The notes beneath the pieces are model-generated. The model saw nothing but the letters and a program-made list of their open reading frames with translations. It did not search any database and had not been told where the DNA came from. A stretch of DNA of 39,520 bases from contig JBNKUM010000015.1 of NCBI GenBank assembly GCA_050298595.1, positions 1 through 39,520 of the forward strand, given 5' to 3'. Below, in pieces: positions 10,843 through 19,481 of this stretch. This stretch comes from Gammaproteobacteria bacterium (GTDB lineage Bacteria > Pseudomonadota > Gammaproteobacteria > GCA-001735895). Both the position numbers and the translations under genes were made by a program. Numbering within the stretch: the stretch's first letter is position 1; every line of letters begins with the position of its first letter.

Positions 10843-10867
10843 TTCAGCTTAACTCCAGGGAGCCGCA

Positions 10868-13800
10868 ATGAAACAGACAGGGATTACAATAAGCGTTGCG
10901 ATAATAGTCATGTTAAGCAGTTCTGCAAGCAGTGCTAATCCGCCCAGCAGCTTGACCACTTATCAAATCACCAACCCTTCGATGTTGCAAACATTGCAGT
11001 CAGGCCGACCCTTGCCGAATGTTATGCACAGCTCGGGACGACGCCTGAAAACCGCTACAGGCAGTACCAGCACTGCGGCTGCAAACCAGCCCATGCTGGA
11101 TGCTTTTGCACAACGCCGTCAACACCGGATGCAGACAGACGCCAGAACAGCTGGTATCGATGTACCACAGCAGCAGGCATTATCCAGACTGGCTAGTAAC
11201 ATGCCAGAACAATCCAAAGAATTTCGCGCATATTTCAATCGTAATAATAATACTCCGACTTTCATCAAGTTTAACTCAAAGACTCCCAGCCTGGCCATGC
11301 GAGGCAGCAAGGATCAGATCGCGCAAGCCAGTTCTCGCAGCTTTATACAAGAATATAAGGATCTGTTAAAGATTGAAGATCCCGATCAGGAGCTTACCCT
11401 GGCGCGAGAACAGGCAGATTCATTTGGCAACCAGCATTTTCTGTATCAGCAAACGGTCAATGGCGTGCCGGTATGGGGTAGTGAGTTAATGCTGCATCTA
11501 CGCGACGATAATAGCGCGTATCTGCTTAATGGTCGTTTCCAGCCCAGTTTTCAGCTCGACACTAGCGCTGAGTTGACTGAAGCACAGGCCGAGGAACATG
11601 TACGTCAGGATCTGGGGGTTACCTCTACATACAAAATCAGCAGCAAGCTTGTCATTTATCCGGGAAAACAAACTGATCCACGCCTTACCTATCAGGTGGA
11701 TATACTCAGCGACCTGTCAAACCACTGGCTGTATTTTATCGATGCGCATAACGGTAAGGTAGTGCATCGCATTGATTATCGTCAAAAGATAGTGGTGAAT
11801 GCATCCGGCATGGATGAGTTTGGTAGCACAGTCAATTTCCGCGCCTGGCAGGATGGCTCCAACTACTTCATGGTTGATACAGAAGTGCCAACACCGGGTA
11901 GCAGCCCTGACCCGATTGCGAAATCTCCGGCTTCCGGTGACACCTTGATTCTCGATGCGCGTAATGGTCAGGGTGATAACCTGTATTTTGCCACCAGCAA
12001 TGCGGCCAATAGCGGTTGGGATACAACCGCAGTGAGTGCTATGGAAAATACCATGAAGGTGTATGACTATTACCTCAATACCTTCAATCGTAACAGTATC
12101 GATGAGGCCGGCAAGAACCTGATCTCTGTAATCCATTATGGGTCCAGCTACAATAATGCATACTGGAATGGCGAACTGATGGTTTACGGAGATGGCGACG
12201 GCCAGATATTCCAATCGCTTGCGCGTTGCAATGATGTAACCGCACACGAACTCACCCACGGTGTGGTCGGGGCCACAGCGGGACTTAAATATGAAAACCA
12301 GAGTGGTGCATTAAACGAAGCCTTTGCCGATATATTCGCCGCAATGGTTGATCGAGAAGACTGGACAATCGGTGAGGATTGCACAGTGGCTGCCCCCAGA
12401 TATCTGCGTAATATAGCGAATCCTGCTACAAGCCTTAATCCACAACCGACCAAAATGAGCGAATACCAGAATTTGCCCAATACTGAGCAGGGTGATAACG
12501 GTGGGGTACATGTGAATAACAGTATTCCGTCGCACGCGGCTTATTTGATAGCAGAAGGGTTGAGCGCAAAAGCCGTGGGAACTAGTATCGGGCGTGACAA
12601 AACCGAACAGATTTTCTACCGTGCCCTGACTACCTACCTGACTGCCTCTGCGCAGTTTATCGATGCGCGAAATGCGACGTTACAGGCGGCGGAAGATCTT
12701 TACGGAGCCAGTTCAGCTGAAACCAAAGCTGTAGCGCAGGCCTGGGATCTGGTTGAGGTGACCGATAATGGTACAGCCCCGCCAGATACTACACCGACTG
12801 ATACCGACCCGGTCAGCGGTGAGGATTTAATGGTTTATGTATATCCACATCAAGTTGGGTTCAACTATCTGTATGCGCAGATCATGAATGATCCATTGAC
12901 CTATATAGACGCTAATGACATACCGCTGCAGAATACGGTTTCCGCCAATCCTCAGGTGCGACCGGCTGCTTATACCAGTAATATTGAATCCGTGGTGTTT
13001 TATGTGGGAGAGGATGCAAATCTGTATGAAATCGACATCGCGCAGATCAGTCAGGCCACTCCCTCTTTCCCCTCGTATAAGATTTCCTCCTCTGCAGATT
13101 ACTGGAGTATTGCACTGGCACCCGATGGGCAATATTTCGCATTTACCAAAACGCTAGCGGACGACAATCATATCTACGTAATGGATCTTCTGGATAGCCA
13201 GCTCCCTACTTATAGCTATGTGATCACACCACCGAATTATTCGGATGGCAGCCAGTCGAGTACGCCAACAGTCCTGTATGCAGATTCTATGGCGTTCGAC
13301 TACACCGGCAGGTATATCACCTTCGATGCGCTTAACTGTATTTCTACCGAAACCAGCCAATGTAGTGCCGATGGTGGCTACCGCTACTGGTCGATTGGGA
13401 TCATGGATGCCAGTGATGGCAGTATTTCTTACCCGGTATCCAACCAGTCACCCGACACCAGTATCGGTTATCCAATCTTCGCAAAAAATAATAATTACGT
13501 TATTGCGATGGATGTTATTGACTACAGCCAGGATGTAAACAACCCTTCCTCACGTGTCATCGCTGTTGATTTCGAAACCCAGCAAACATCCCTGTTGCAC
13601 GATTTCGGATCTAACGGCGCGCCACATTTTGCAACGCCATCCTTCTGGGGAGATGACCAGAGCGTGACCATTTTGATGCCGGATTCCTCTGTCGATACCT
13701 ATGCAGTAAGAAAACGCCTGAATACCAATGGCGATGGTCGTTGGGCAGCAGCTCATGCTACTAGCGATACAATCAATGGATACAGCGTCAAAATGCCCGT

Positions 13801-14263
13801 TATGCACCGTCCTGGGCAACGTAGCAACACCGGCAATATCACACCGGCATCCAGTCAGGTCAACTTCGGTTCGGTCAATATCGGTGAACAGGCTCGCACC
13901 ACCCTGACCCTCAGCAATACAGGTAACAGCGATGTCAACATCACCAATATCCAGTTAAATGGCAATGACTTCACTCACAATGGCACCAACCTTCTTCTAC
14001 CTCGTGCAGGCAGTATCACCTGGGCGCTGACTTTCGCGCCTACTACAGCTGGAACTAAAATAGACAGCCTGACGATAACAACCGATGCGGCTGTATCCAC
14101 GGTCAGCGTGGCGCTGACAGGTACTGCGGTTGATCCGTCTGCGGGTGATAGCAACTCCTCCTCGGGTGGGGGTTTACCTGGATTGGGTATACTGCTGCCT
14201 GGACTGCTGCTGTGGATTGCGCGCCGTTATCGATTGCGATTTTTTCGTAAAACGCATTGCTAA
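10868..14263 (+). CDS. Secreted M4 (thermolysin-like) metalloprotease with propeptide, propeller-like region, Ig-like domain and GlyGly-CTERM-like anchor
   Basis: Signal peptide; FTP/PepSY propeptide; NNAYWNG, YGDGDG, HELTH, GALNEAFAD, DNGGVHVN; SIALAPDGQYFAF (TolB/WD-like); VNFGSVNIG...LTLSNTG...FAPT Ig-like domain; SSGGG + hydrophobic helix + RRYR tail. Confidence 0.92.
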   Translation: MKQTGITISVAIIVMLSSSASSANPPSSLTTYQITNPSMLQTLQSGRPLPNVMHSSGRRLKTATGSTSTAAANQPMLDAFAQRRQHRMQTDARTAGIDVPQQQALSRLASNMPEQSKEFRAYFNRNNNTPTFIKFNSKTPSLAMRGSKDQIAQASSRSFIQEYKDLLKIEDPDQELTLAREQADSFGNQHFLYQQTVNGVPVWGSELMLHLRDDNSAYLLNGRFQPSFQLDTSAELTEAQAEEHVRQDLGVTSTYKISSKLVIYPGKQTDPRLTYQVDILSDLSNHWLYFIDAHNGKVVHRIDYRQKIVVNASGMDEFGSTVNFRAWQDGSNYFMVDTEVPTPGSSPDPIAKSPASGDTLILDARNGQGDNLYFATSNAANSGWDTTAVSAMENTMKVYDYYLNTFNRNSIDEAGKNLISVIHYGSSYNNAYWNGELMVYGDGDGQIFQSLARCNDVTAHELTHGVVGATAGLKYENQSGALNEAFADIFAAMVDREDWTIGEDCTVAAPRYLRNIANPATSLNPQPTKMSEYQNLPNTEQGDNGGVHVNNSIPSHAAYLIAEGLSAKAVGTSIGRDKTEQIFYRALTTYLTASAQFIDARNATLQAAEDLYGASSAETKAVAQAWDLVEVTDNGTAPPDTTPTDTDPVSGEDLMVYVYPHQVGFNYLYAQIMNDPLTYIDANDIPLQNTVSANPQVRPAAYTSNIESVVFYVGEDANLYEIDIAQISQATPSFPSYKISSSADYWSIALAPDGQYFAFTKTLADDNHIYVMDLLDSQLPTYSYVITPPNYSDGSQSSTPTVLYADSMAFDYTGRYITFDALNCISTETSQCSADGGYRYWSIGIMDASDGSISYPVSNQSPDTSIGYPIFAKNNNYVIAMDVIDYSQDVNNPSSRVIAVDFETQQTSLLHDFGSNGAPHFATPSFWGDDQSVTILMPDSSVDTYAVRKRLNTNGDGRWAAAHATSDTINGYSVKMPVMHRPGQRSNTGNITPASSQVNFGSVNIGEQARTTLTLSNTGNSDVNITNIQLNGNDFTHNGTNLLLPRAGSITWALTFAPTTAGTKIDSLTITTDAAVSTVSVALTGTAVDPSAGDSNSSSGGGLPGLGILLPGLLLWIARRYRLRFFRKTHC

Positions 14264-14287
14264 AAACACCGACAGCGCATTTAGCCA

Positions 14288-14306
14288 AGGGGTCAACCTG
14301 ACCCCT
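14288..14306. terminator. Hairpin between convergent genes (terminator or REP-like remnant)
   Basis: AGGGGTCA-acc-TGACCCCT, a perfect 8-bp stem between the stop codons at 14263 and 14357. Confidence 0.4.
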
Positions 14307-14356
14307 AATTTGATATATCCAACGACACCAGTAGTGATCAGGCTTTTATCGTCGTG

Positions 14357-15646
14357 TTACGCCAATATCCCGTTAGCAGGGCCATTGGCATCATAAGCAC
14401 CGATAGTACCATAAACCCCCATATACTGTGCGACCGTATCCAGTAACCGATGATGATTAGCAACGCTAACAATACTGCCTCGATTCACCGCAGAGCCTCC
14501 ACCAGCAAACATGAAAGGCGCATCGGTACCTGTATGTGCACCCCCGTCCCCCATATCGGTAACCTGGACAACCAGCGTTGAATCGATCATTTTTCCACCA
14601 GCAGGATCATCGGTGTCCTTCAGGCGCTGGATCAGATGCGCGACCCGTTCGGAGAAATAGGCCCGGTAGTTCGCATAGGCATCATAATTCCCACTGTGAA
14701 TCGCACTATGGTAGGCCTCGCTTTTTCCAGAAACTGAAAAGTCGGACTGATGCGTACCCAACTGAATCGTCGCTACCCTGGTGATATTGCATTTAAGTGC
14801 CAGTAGCGCATTCTCGACCTGTAGATCGAACAGATTGGTGAAGTTGCTATCGACCTCTTCAGCGGACAGGTCAGCCGGATTGAATTGTGGATTACCACAT
14901 CCTATGGGTGCCGTACTGGAGGAAGCAGATGCAAGATCATTACGCAGTTTTTCAATCGCTGCCTGGTGTTGCTCCAGACGTTGTACTTCATAACTGCCGA
15001 GCTTTGTCTTTATTTCGGCCAGTGCTGCTTCATTCACATTAAGTTTTTTATTGTTACGTCGAGTTCCGATATCACTGCTATCAATCGAGCTACCGAACAG
15101 AGTTTCAAAGGCGGCTTGCGGACTATCCTGGAATGATGAACCGGACCAGCTTGCCCGCGCCGATATTGGGTCTTTAGTCTCTGTTTGTTCTGTACTCCTT
15201 CGATTACGCACACTTAGCCGCAACGAAGCAATCGGGGACGTCGCGCCCACGGTATCTTCCAGCGCCAGATCGATAGAAGCACTCACTCCACTGGCGAAGG
15301 CACCCAATACCCGCTGCGTAAGACCGTGACCACCTCCACCAATGATTTCCACATCCTTGAAGAACACACATTCATCCTTAACGCTTTCAAGCGGCAGCGA
15401 ACTGGTTTTCAGGGTCATATTCCCGTCAGGCAGGAACGAACTGGATGCCCCACCCGGCGAACCATCCGGTACATATATAAAAATGACCTTGCGTAGTGAG
15501 TTTCCTGCCGCTTCGGCCTGACGTGACAATATCAACCCCGCGCCAAGGGTGGAAGCCTGTAACAACGGCAGCGATAACCCGGCCTTACCAATGAATTTAA
15601 GGAAGTTTCGACGCTGCAATAACGCAGCCTGTTTTTCGTGACTCAT
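14357..15646 (-). CDS. Tat-exported DUF1552 (HXXSHH-family) protein
   Basis: RRNFLK twin-arginine signal ending AEA; IFIYVPDG, GGGHG, SIDLAL, ALKCNITRVATIQ, YHSAIH, MGDGGAH...PFMFAGG. Directly downstream of a DUF1592 gene, its usual partner. Confidence 0.85.
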   Translation of the reverse strand: MSHEKQAALLQRRNFLKFIGKAGLSLPLLQASTLGAGLILSRQAEAAGNSLRKVIFIYVPDGSPGGASSSFLPDGNMTLKTSSLPLESVKDECVFFKDVEIIGGGGHGLTQRVLGAFASGVSASIDLALEDTVGATSPIASLRLSVRNRRSTEQTETKDPISARASWSGSSFQDSPQAAFETLFGSSIDSSDIGTRRNNKKLNVNEAALAEIKTKLGSYEVQRLEQHQAAIEKLRNDLASASSSTAPIGCGNPQFNPADLSAEEVDSNFTNLFDLQVENALLALKCNITRVATIQLGTHQSDFSVSGKSEAYHSAIHSGNYDAYANYRAYFSERVAHLIQRLKDTDDPAGGKMIDSTLVVQVTDMGDGGAHTGTDAPFMFAGGGSAVNRGSIVSVANHHRLLDTVAQYMGVYGTIGAYDANGPANGILA

Positions 15647-15680
15647 ATAGAACCTCGTTTAGTCTTATCCGGTGTAGCGC

Positions 15681-18600
15681 TTAGCGCACAACATTTTTAC
15701 GGTAACGCACACTATCCATGGTGCCGAGAGCTTTAAGCAACTCGACCGGACTGTTGCCACTGGCCTGCATTTTTTCATCTAGTTTCTGGACCTCACAGGT
15801 ATAGCTCGCGACCTCGTCTGCCGACAGCTCGATACCCATAATCTGATCCAGGAAGGTCGAACCGGTACCCATCGCCATACGGAAGCCAGTCTCAACAAAG
15901 CACTGTCGTGTCACATCAAGGTTGGCGATTTTGTGAGCAAAATCTTTGGCACCAGTAAAACTAATATTATTGGAATCCGAAACACTGCCTACCCCGTACA
16001 ACATTCCAGATGCATCGACATCCTGGCCGTTATCCTGGGTTTGCGGCCGACCTACCGCATCAAAGTCCTCGAACCCGCCACCCAACGGGTTGATCATTTG
16101 CGCGTGGCAAGTCTGGCAGATAGGCGCAGAGGTCTGGTATTCGTATTTCTTGCGAGCTGTGGCTTTACCGTTATGTGCATCAAGATAATCTAACCATGCC
16201 TGGCGTGCTGCCTCACGTTCTGCATCGAAATCGACATTGCCAGAATCAGTCAGCGAGACGCCGGTCGGAGGAATCGGTATGTCATGGCAGAGGAGACGTC
16301 GGCGCAAGTAAGTCGCGCGGATAATCGGAGCGGTTTCCTCTTCGTGCGCATGGACAGCCAGGAAAGCACCGTTAGTCACCAGTCCGGCACGAGATGTTAC
16401 ATTCGACACTTTGCGCATCTCACTGCCGGTGACACCGCCAATACCATAGAACTCGGCCAGCGCCTGGTTGACGAAGGTGAAATTACCATCATACAAAGCG
16501 GTGAAAGGCTCGCCTTCATCAAGCACGACATGATTGAACACATCACGCACTTCCTGCGCCATGGCTTTGCGAACCTCGTCGGTAAAACCGGGGTATTTGG
16601 ACGCTTTCTTACCGGCACTCAACACGGGATCTGTACGCAGCCACTGGGCAGCGAAATTACCAAAGTGCTCTCTTGCTCGCGCGGTACCCAAAAGCCTTTC
16701 GACCTGAGTGGAGATCTGGGCATCGGTTTCGAGCCCACCTTCACCTGCAGCCTGCAGCAGGGTTTGATCGGGCGTGGAACCGGTGAAGGTATAGGCAAGA
16801 TAAGATGCAAGCTGATAAGGAGTCAGTACGTAAGCATCGCTATCAAGCGAGTCTGCCGGTGGGGTTGGCGGAGCCTGCGGGGCCTGCGTAACTTCCTGGG
16901 CCGGGGATACTTCAACCTTACTTACAATGAGAAGCCCATCATCATTTTGCCCATTTGCACTGGCATCATTCACTACCGCTATATATTTGTAATTATCAAT
17001 CAGTCCCTGGACAGGGAAACTATAAGCTTTATAGTCACTGTGGTTGATAACATAACTCTGGAAAACGAAACCATCCCCCATATCAAGCTTAAGTGTAGGC
17101 CATGTACCCTTTGAACCCTGTGTTCCTTTAACTACAACTGTAACCAGGTCACTTCCTGTAAAAACAACATTTCCTAGACCTATTCGATTGTAAGCTGTTA
17201 TCGACTGATCACTACTAACCAGTGTCTGAACACTCCCTGTTGCTTCATACTGGCTATCACCGGTACTACCACTCTGACCACCACCGGTACTACCGCTATT
17301 CAGGTCAGCATACGCGATACCACTTTCATCACGATACAGGAATTGCGGAGAAGTCAGCGCAGTGCGTAGCGCAAGCGCAAGGCCTTCGTTTACGTTGCCA
17401 CCCGTGTAATCAGGACCAAAAATCCCCTGATAGGCAGCCAATTCTGTATCCGTAAGTGGACGTCGAAATACACGTGGCAGGTAGCTATCAATAAAGCCTG
17501 CCTTACAGGCATCAGCAGCAAGTTGACTACAATCAATAACGCCTGAGAAATTATTTGCGGCCAGCAGATCCACCACCTTGTCGACAACCAGGTTATACGC
17601 CTGTAACGAACTACTGGAAATAGTCGTCATAATGTTATTGGAATAACCATTGATCAAATTATCGGCAGGGATCGTATCGTAGGTGCTCTGGCCCAGGTCT
17701 GAACGTATATTCACCCCAGTTAAATCCTCAACCGAGTTGGAAAACTCGTGCTTCGTCAACACCCGAATACTGCGCGGACCATAGGTCACACCACAGGAGG
17801 CCGTCGTATCCGTCCCCGAGCCACCACTGGCAACAGACCAGCTATCGATATAGGCGGCGATATCGGCTGCACAGGCGGCATCACAGCTTGCAGTATCAGC
17901 AGGTGGCATGGTATCCACAATGTAGGCGGCCAACATCTGGCTATTACTACCAAAACTGGTTTTTGTTGCGTCTATGAGTTTCGGACCGGCACCTTCAGTA
18001 CCATGACAGCTGGCACATTGATCGCCATACAAAGTCGCGCCATGAGTTGCATCAGGGGTGGAGGTGCTACCGCCACCGGAACTACTGCCGCCTCCGGTAG
18101 AGGGCATTCCGCCACAACCTACCGGCTCAGTCGAAACAACGATATCGTCCATCCAGATATCAGCTGTATTACCACTGAAGCTTTGAAAACCGAACATGAC
18201 GTAATTGAACTTATCGCTCATCCAGTCACTGGACAATGCACCATTATTCCAGTCGGAAGCAGATGTAATTGAATGCACCTCTTCGCCATCAACCCATAGA
18301 TGCACTTCATCGTATGTGGTATCCGCATATAAACCGGTCTCCACACAGTACCAGGTATCGGCTAGCAAAGCCTTTCCTGATTCCCATTGAGCTTGTTTCG
18401 GTGCAATATTGTCCGTTGGCACATCGTTGGTACCAAGAACGCCTTTGATCTGACCAATACGAACTTCGTTGTTGGCATCCTGAGTTTTCTTGATACCCAT
18501 GATATGTTCGTGATTATCGCCAGCCACATTGCCCATCTGTTTGCTCATACGGACATAAGCACGAAGGTACACACGTTGCGTATTGGCTGGTAACGCACGC

Positions 18601-19388
18601 ACGATCTGCGCCAGGCTACCTTTGAAATGTATCGACTGGCTGCCATTGTAGGCATAGGTATCGTCAATCAGCGCATAATTATCATTACTGACAGAGTTAT
18701 TAGTGTTGTAATTGTAGCCGAGAAAGTTATCCCAACCAGCGGGTTGAGTATCTAGACCACCATCTTCGAAGGTATCGGAAAAAATTACGCCTGCGCTACT
18801 TCCGCCCGAGGTGCTTCCACCTGAAGTGCCTTCACCTGAAGTGCCTCCACCTGAAGTGCCTCCACCTGAAGTACCTCCACCTGAAGTACCTCCACCTGAG
18901 GTACCTCCACCCGAGGTGCTACCTCCACTACTGGAACCCGAATTAAATTCAGTCAGGATGTAATCGGCTATTAGCGAACTACAGGCCGCATCGCATGAGC
19001 CTATATTTCTCGGCGGCATAGTCGTTTGGATGCTGGAGGCCAGGGTATTATGGTCACTACAGGAGCTACAACCAATCAGGCTGGTGCTACTGGATATACC
19101 CTGTCCGGAACTGCCATGACAATTAGCACACTGCGCAACATACAGGTCCTTACCAGAGGTTCCGCCTGATGCACTACCACCGCTTGTATCAGAGCCAGAG
19201 TTACTCCCACCTGAGTTATTGCTACTGCCACCTGAGTTTGAGTCTGACGAGTTATTTGAACCAGAATTACCGGAGTTAGCACCCGGGTCTCCAGAACCCG
19301 ATGAATCTGCACCGCCCCCACAGGCCTGAAGGCTGACCAAGAAAATTACTAACACTAGTCGCAAGCTAAAATATCGAAACCTGTACAT
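15681..19388 (-). CDS. Lipoprotein: cytochrome c - Cip1-like domain - cytochrome c - DUF1587/1595/1592/1588/1585 module (3 CxxCH)
   Basis: Lipobox LQAC; CANCH (19116-19130), CASCH (18003-18017), CQTCH (16104-16118); RVLTKHEFSNSVEDL, RVFRRPLT, LTSPQFLYR, YQLASYLAY...PD, RAGLVT...PIIRA, INPLGGGFEDFDAVGR. Confidence 0.85.
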   Translation of the reverse strand: MYRFRYFSLRLVLVIFLVSLQACGGGADSSGSGDPGANSGNSGSNNSSDSNSGGSSNNSGGSNSGSDTSGGSASGGTSGKDLYVAQCANCHGSSGQGISSSTSLIGCSSCSDHNTLASSIQTTMPPRNIGSCDAACSSLIADYILTEFNSGSSSGGSTSGGGTSGGGTSGGGTSGGGTSGGGTSGEGTSGGSTSGGSSAGVIFSDTFEDGGLDTQPAGWDNFLGYNYNTNNSVSNDNYALIDDTYAYNGSQSIHFKGSLAQIVRALPANTQRVYLRAYVRMSKQMGNVAGDNHEHIMGIKKTQDANNEVRIGQIKGVLGTNDVPTDNIAPKQAQWESGKALLADTWYCVETGLYADTTYDEVHLWVDGEEVHSITSASDWNNGALSSDWMSDKFNYVMFGFQSFSGNTADIWMDDIVVSTEPVGCGGMPSTGGGSSSGGGSTSTPDATHGATLYGDQCASCHGTEGAGPKLIDATKTSFGSNSQMLAAYIVDTMPPADTASCDAACAADIAAYIDSWSVASGGSGTDTTASCGVTYGPRSIRVLTKHEFSNSVEDLTGVNIRSDLGQSTYDTIPADNLINGYSNNIMTTISSSSLQAYNLVVDKVVDLLAANNFSGVIDCSQLAADACKAGFIDSYLPRVFRRPLTDTELAAYQGIFGPDYTGGNVNEGLALALRTALTSPQFLYRDESGIAYADLNSGSTGGGQSGSTGDSQYEATGSVQTLVSSDQSITAYNRIGLGNVVFTGSDLVTVVVKGTQGSKGTWPTLKLDMGDGFVFQSYVINHSDYKAYSFPVQGLIDNYKYIAVVNDASANGQNDDGLLIVSKVEVSPAQEVTQAPQAPPTPPADSLDSDAYVLTPYQLASYLAYTFTGSTPDQTLLQAAGEGGLETDAQISTQVERLLGTARAREHFGNFAAQWLRTDPVLSAGKKASKYPGFTDEVRKAMAQEVRDVFNHVVLDEGEPFTALYDGNFTFVNQALAEFYGIGGVTGSEMRKVSNVTSRAGLVTNGAFLAVHAHEEETAPIIRATYLRRRLLCHDIPIPPTGVSLTDSGNVDFDAEREAARQAWLDYLDAHNGKATARKKYEYQTSAPICQTCHAQMINPLGGGFEDFDAVGRPQTQDNGQDVDASGMLYGVGSVSDSNNISFTGAKDFAHKIANLDVTRQCFVETGFRMAMGTGSTFLDQIMGIELSADEVASYTCEVQKLDEKMQASGNSPVELLKALGTMDSVRYRKNVVR
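18801..18926 (-). repeat. 15-bp tandem repeat encoding a (GGGTS)n linker
   Basis: About 8 copies of CCTCCACCTGAAGT(G/A)-like units between cytochrome c 1 and the Cip1-like domain. Confidence 0.9.
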
Positions 19389-19481
19389 AGGAAATCCTTA
19401 TTGAAATTACAAAAACTTTATTGATGAAACCGCTTAAACAACAACCGCCACTCTATCTACTGGTGGTTGCCTCCAATCCAT

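Noticed and set aside
19441-19470. Hairpin between the GH6 and DUF1592 genes
   Set aside because: Imperfect stem with a weak U-tract; cannot be called a terminator, though it might modulate readthrough.
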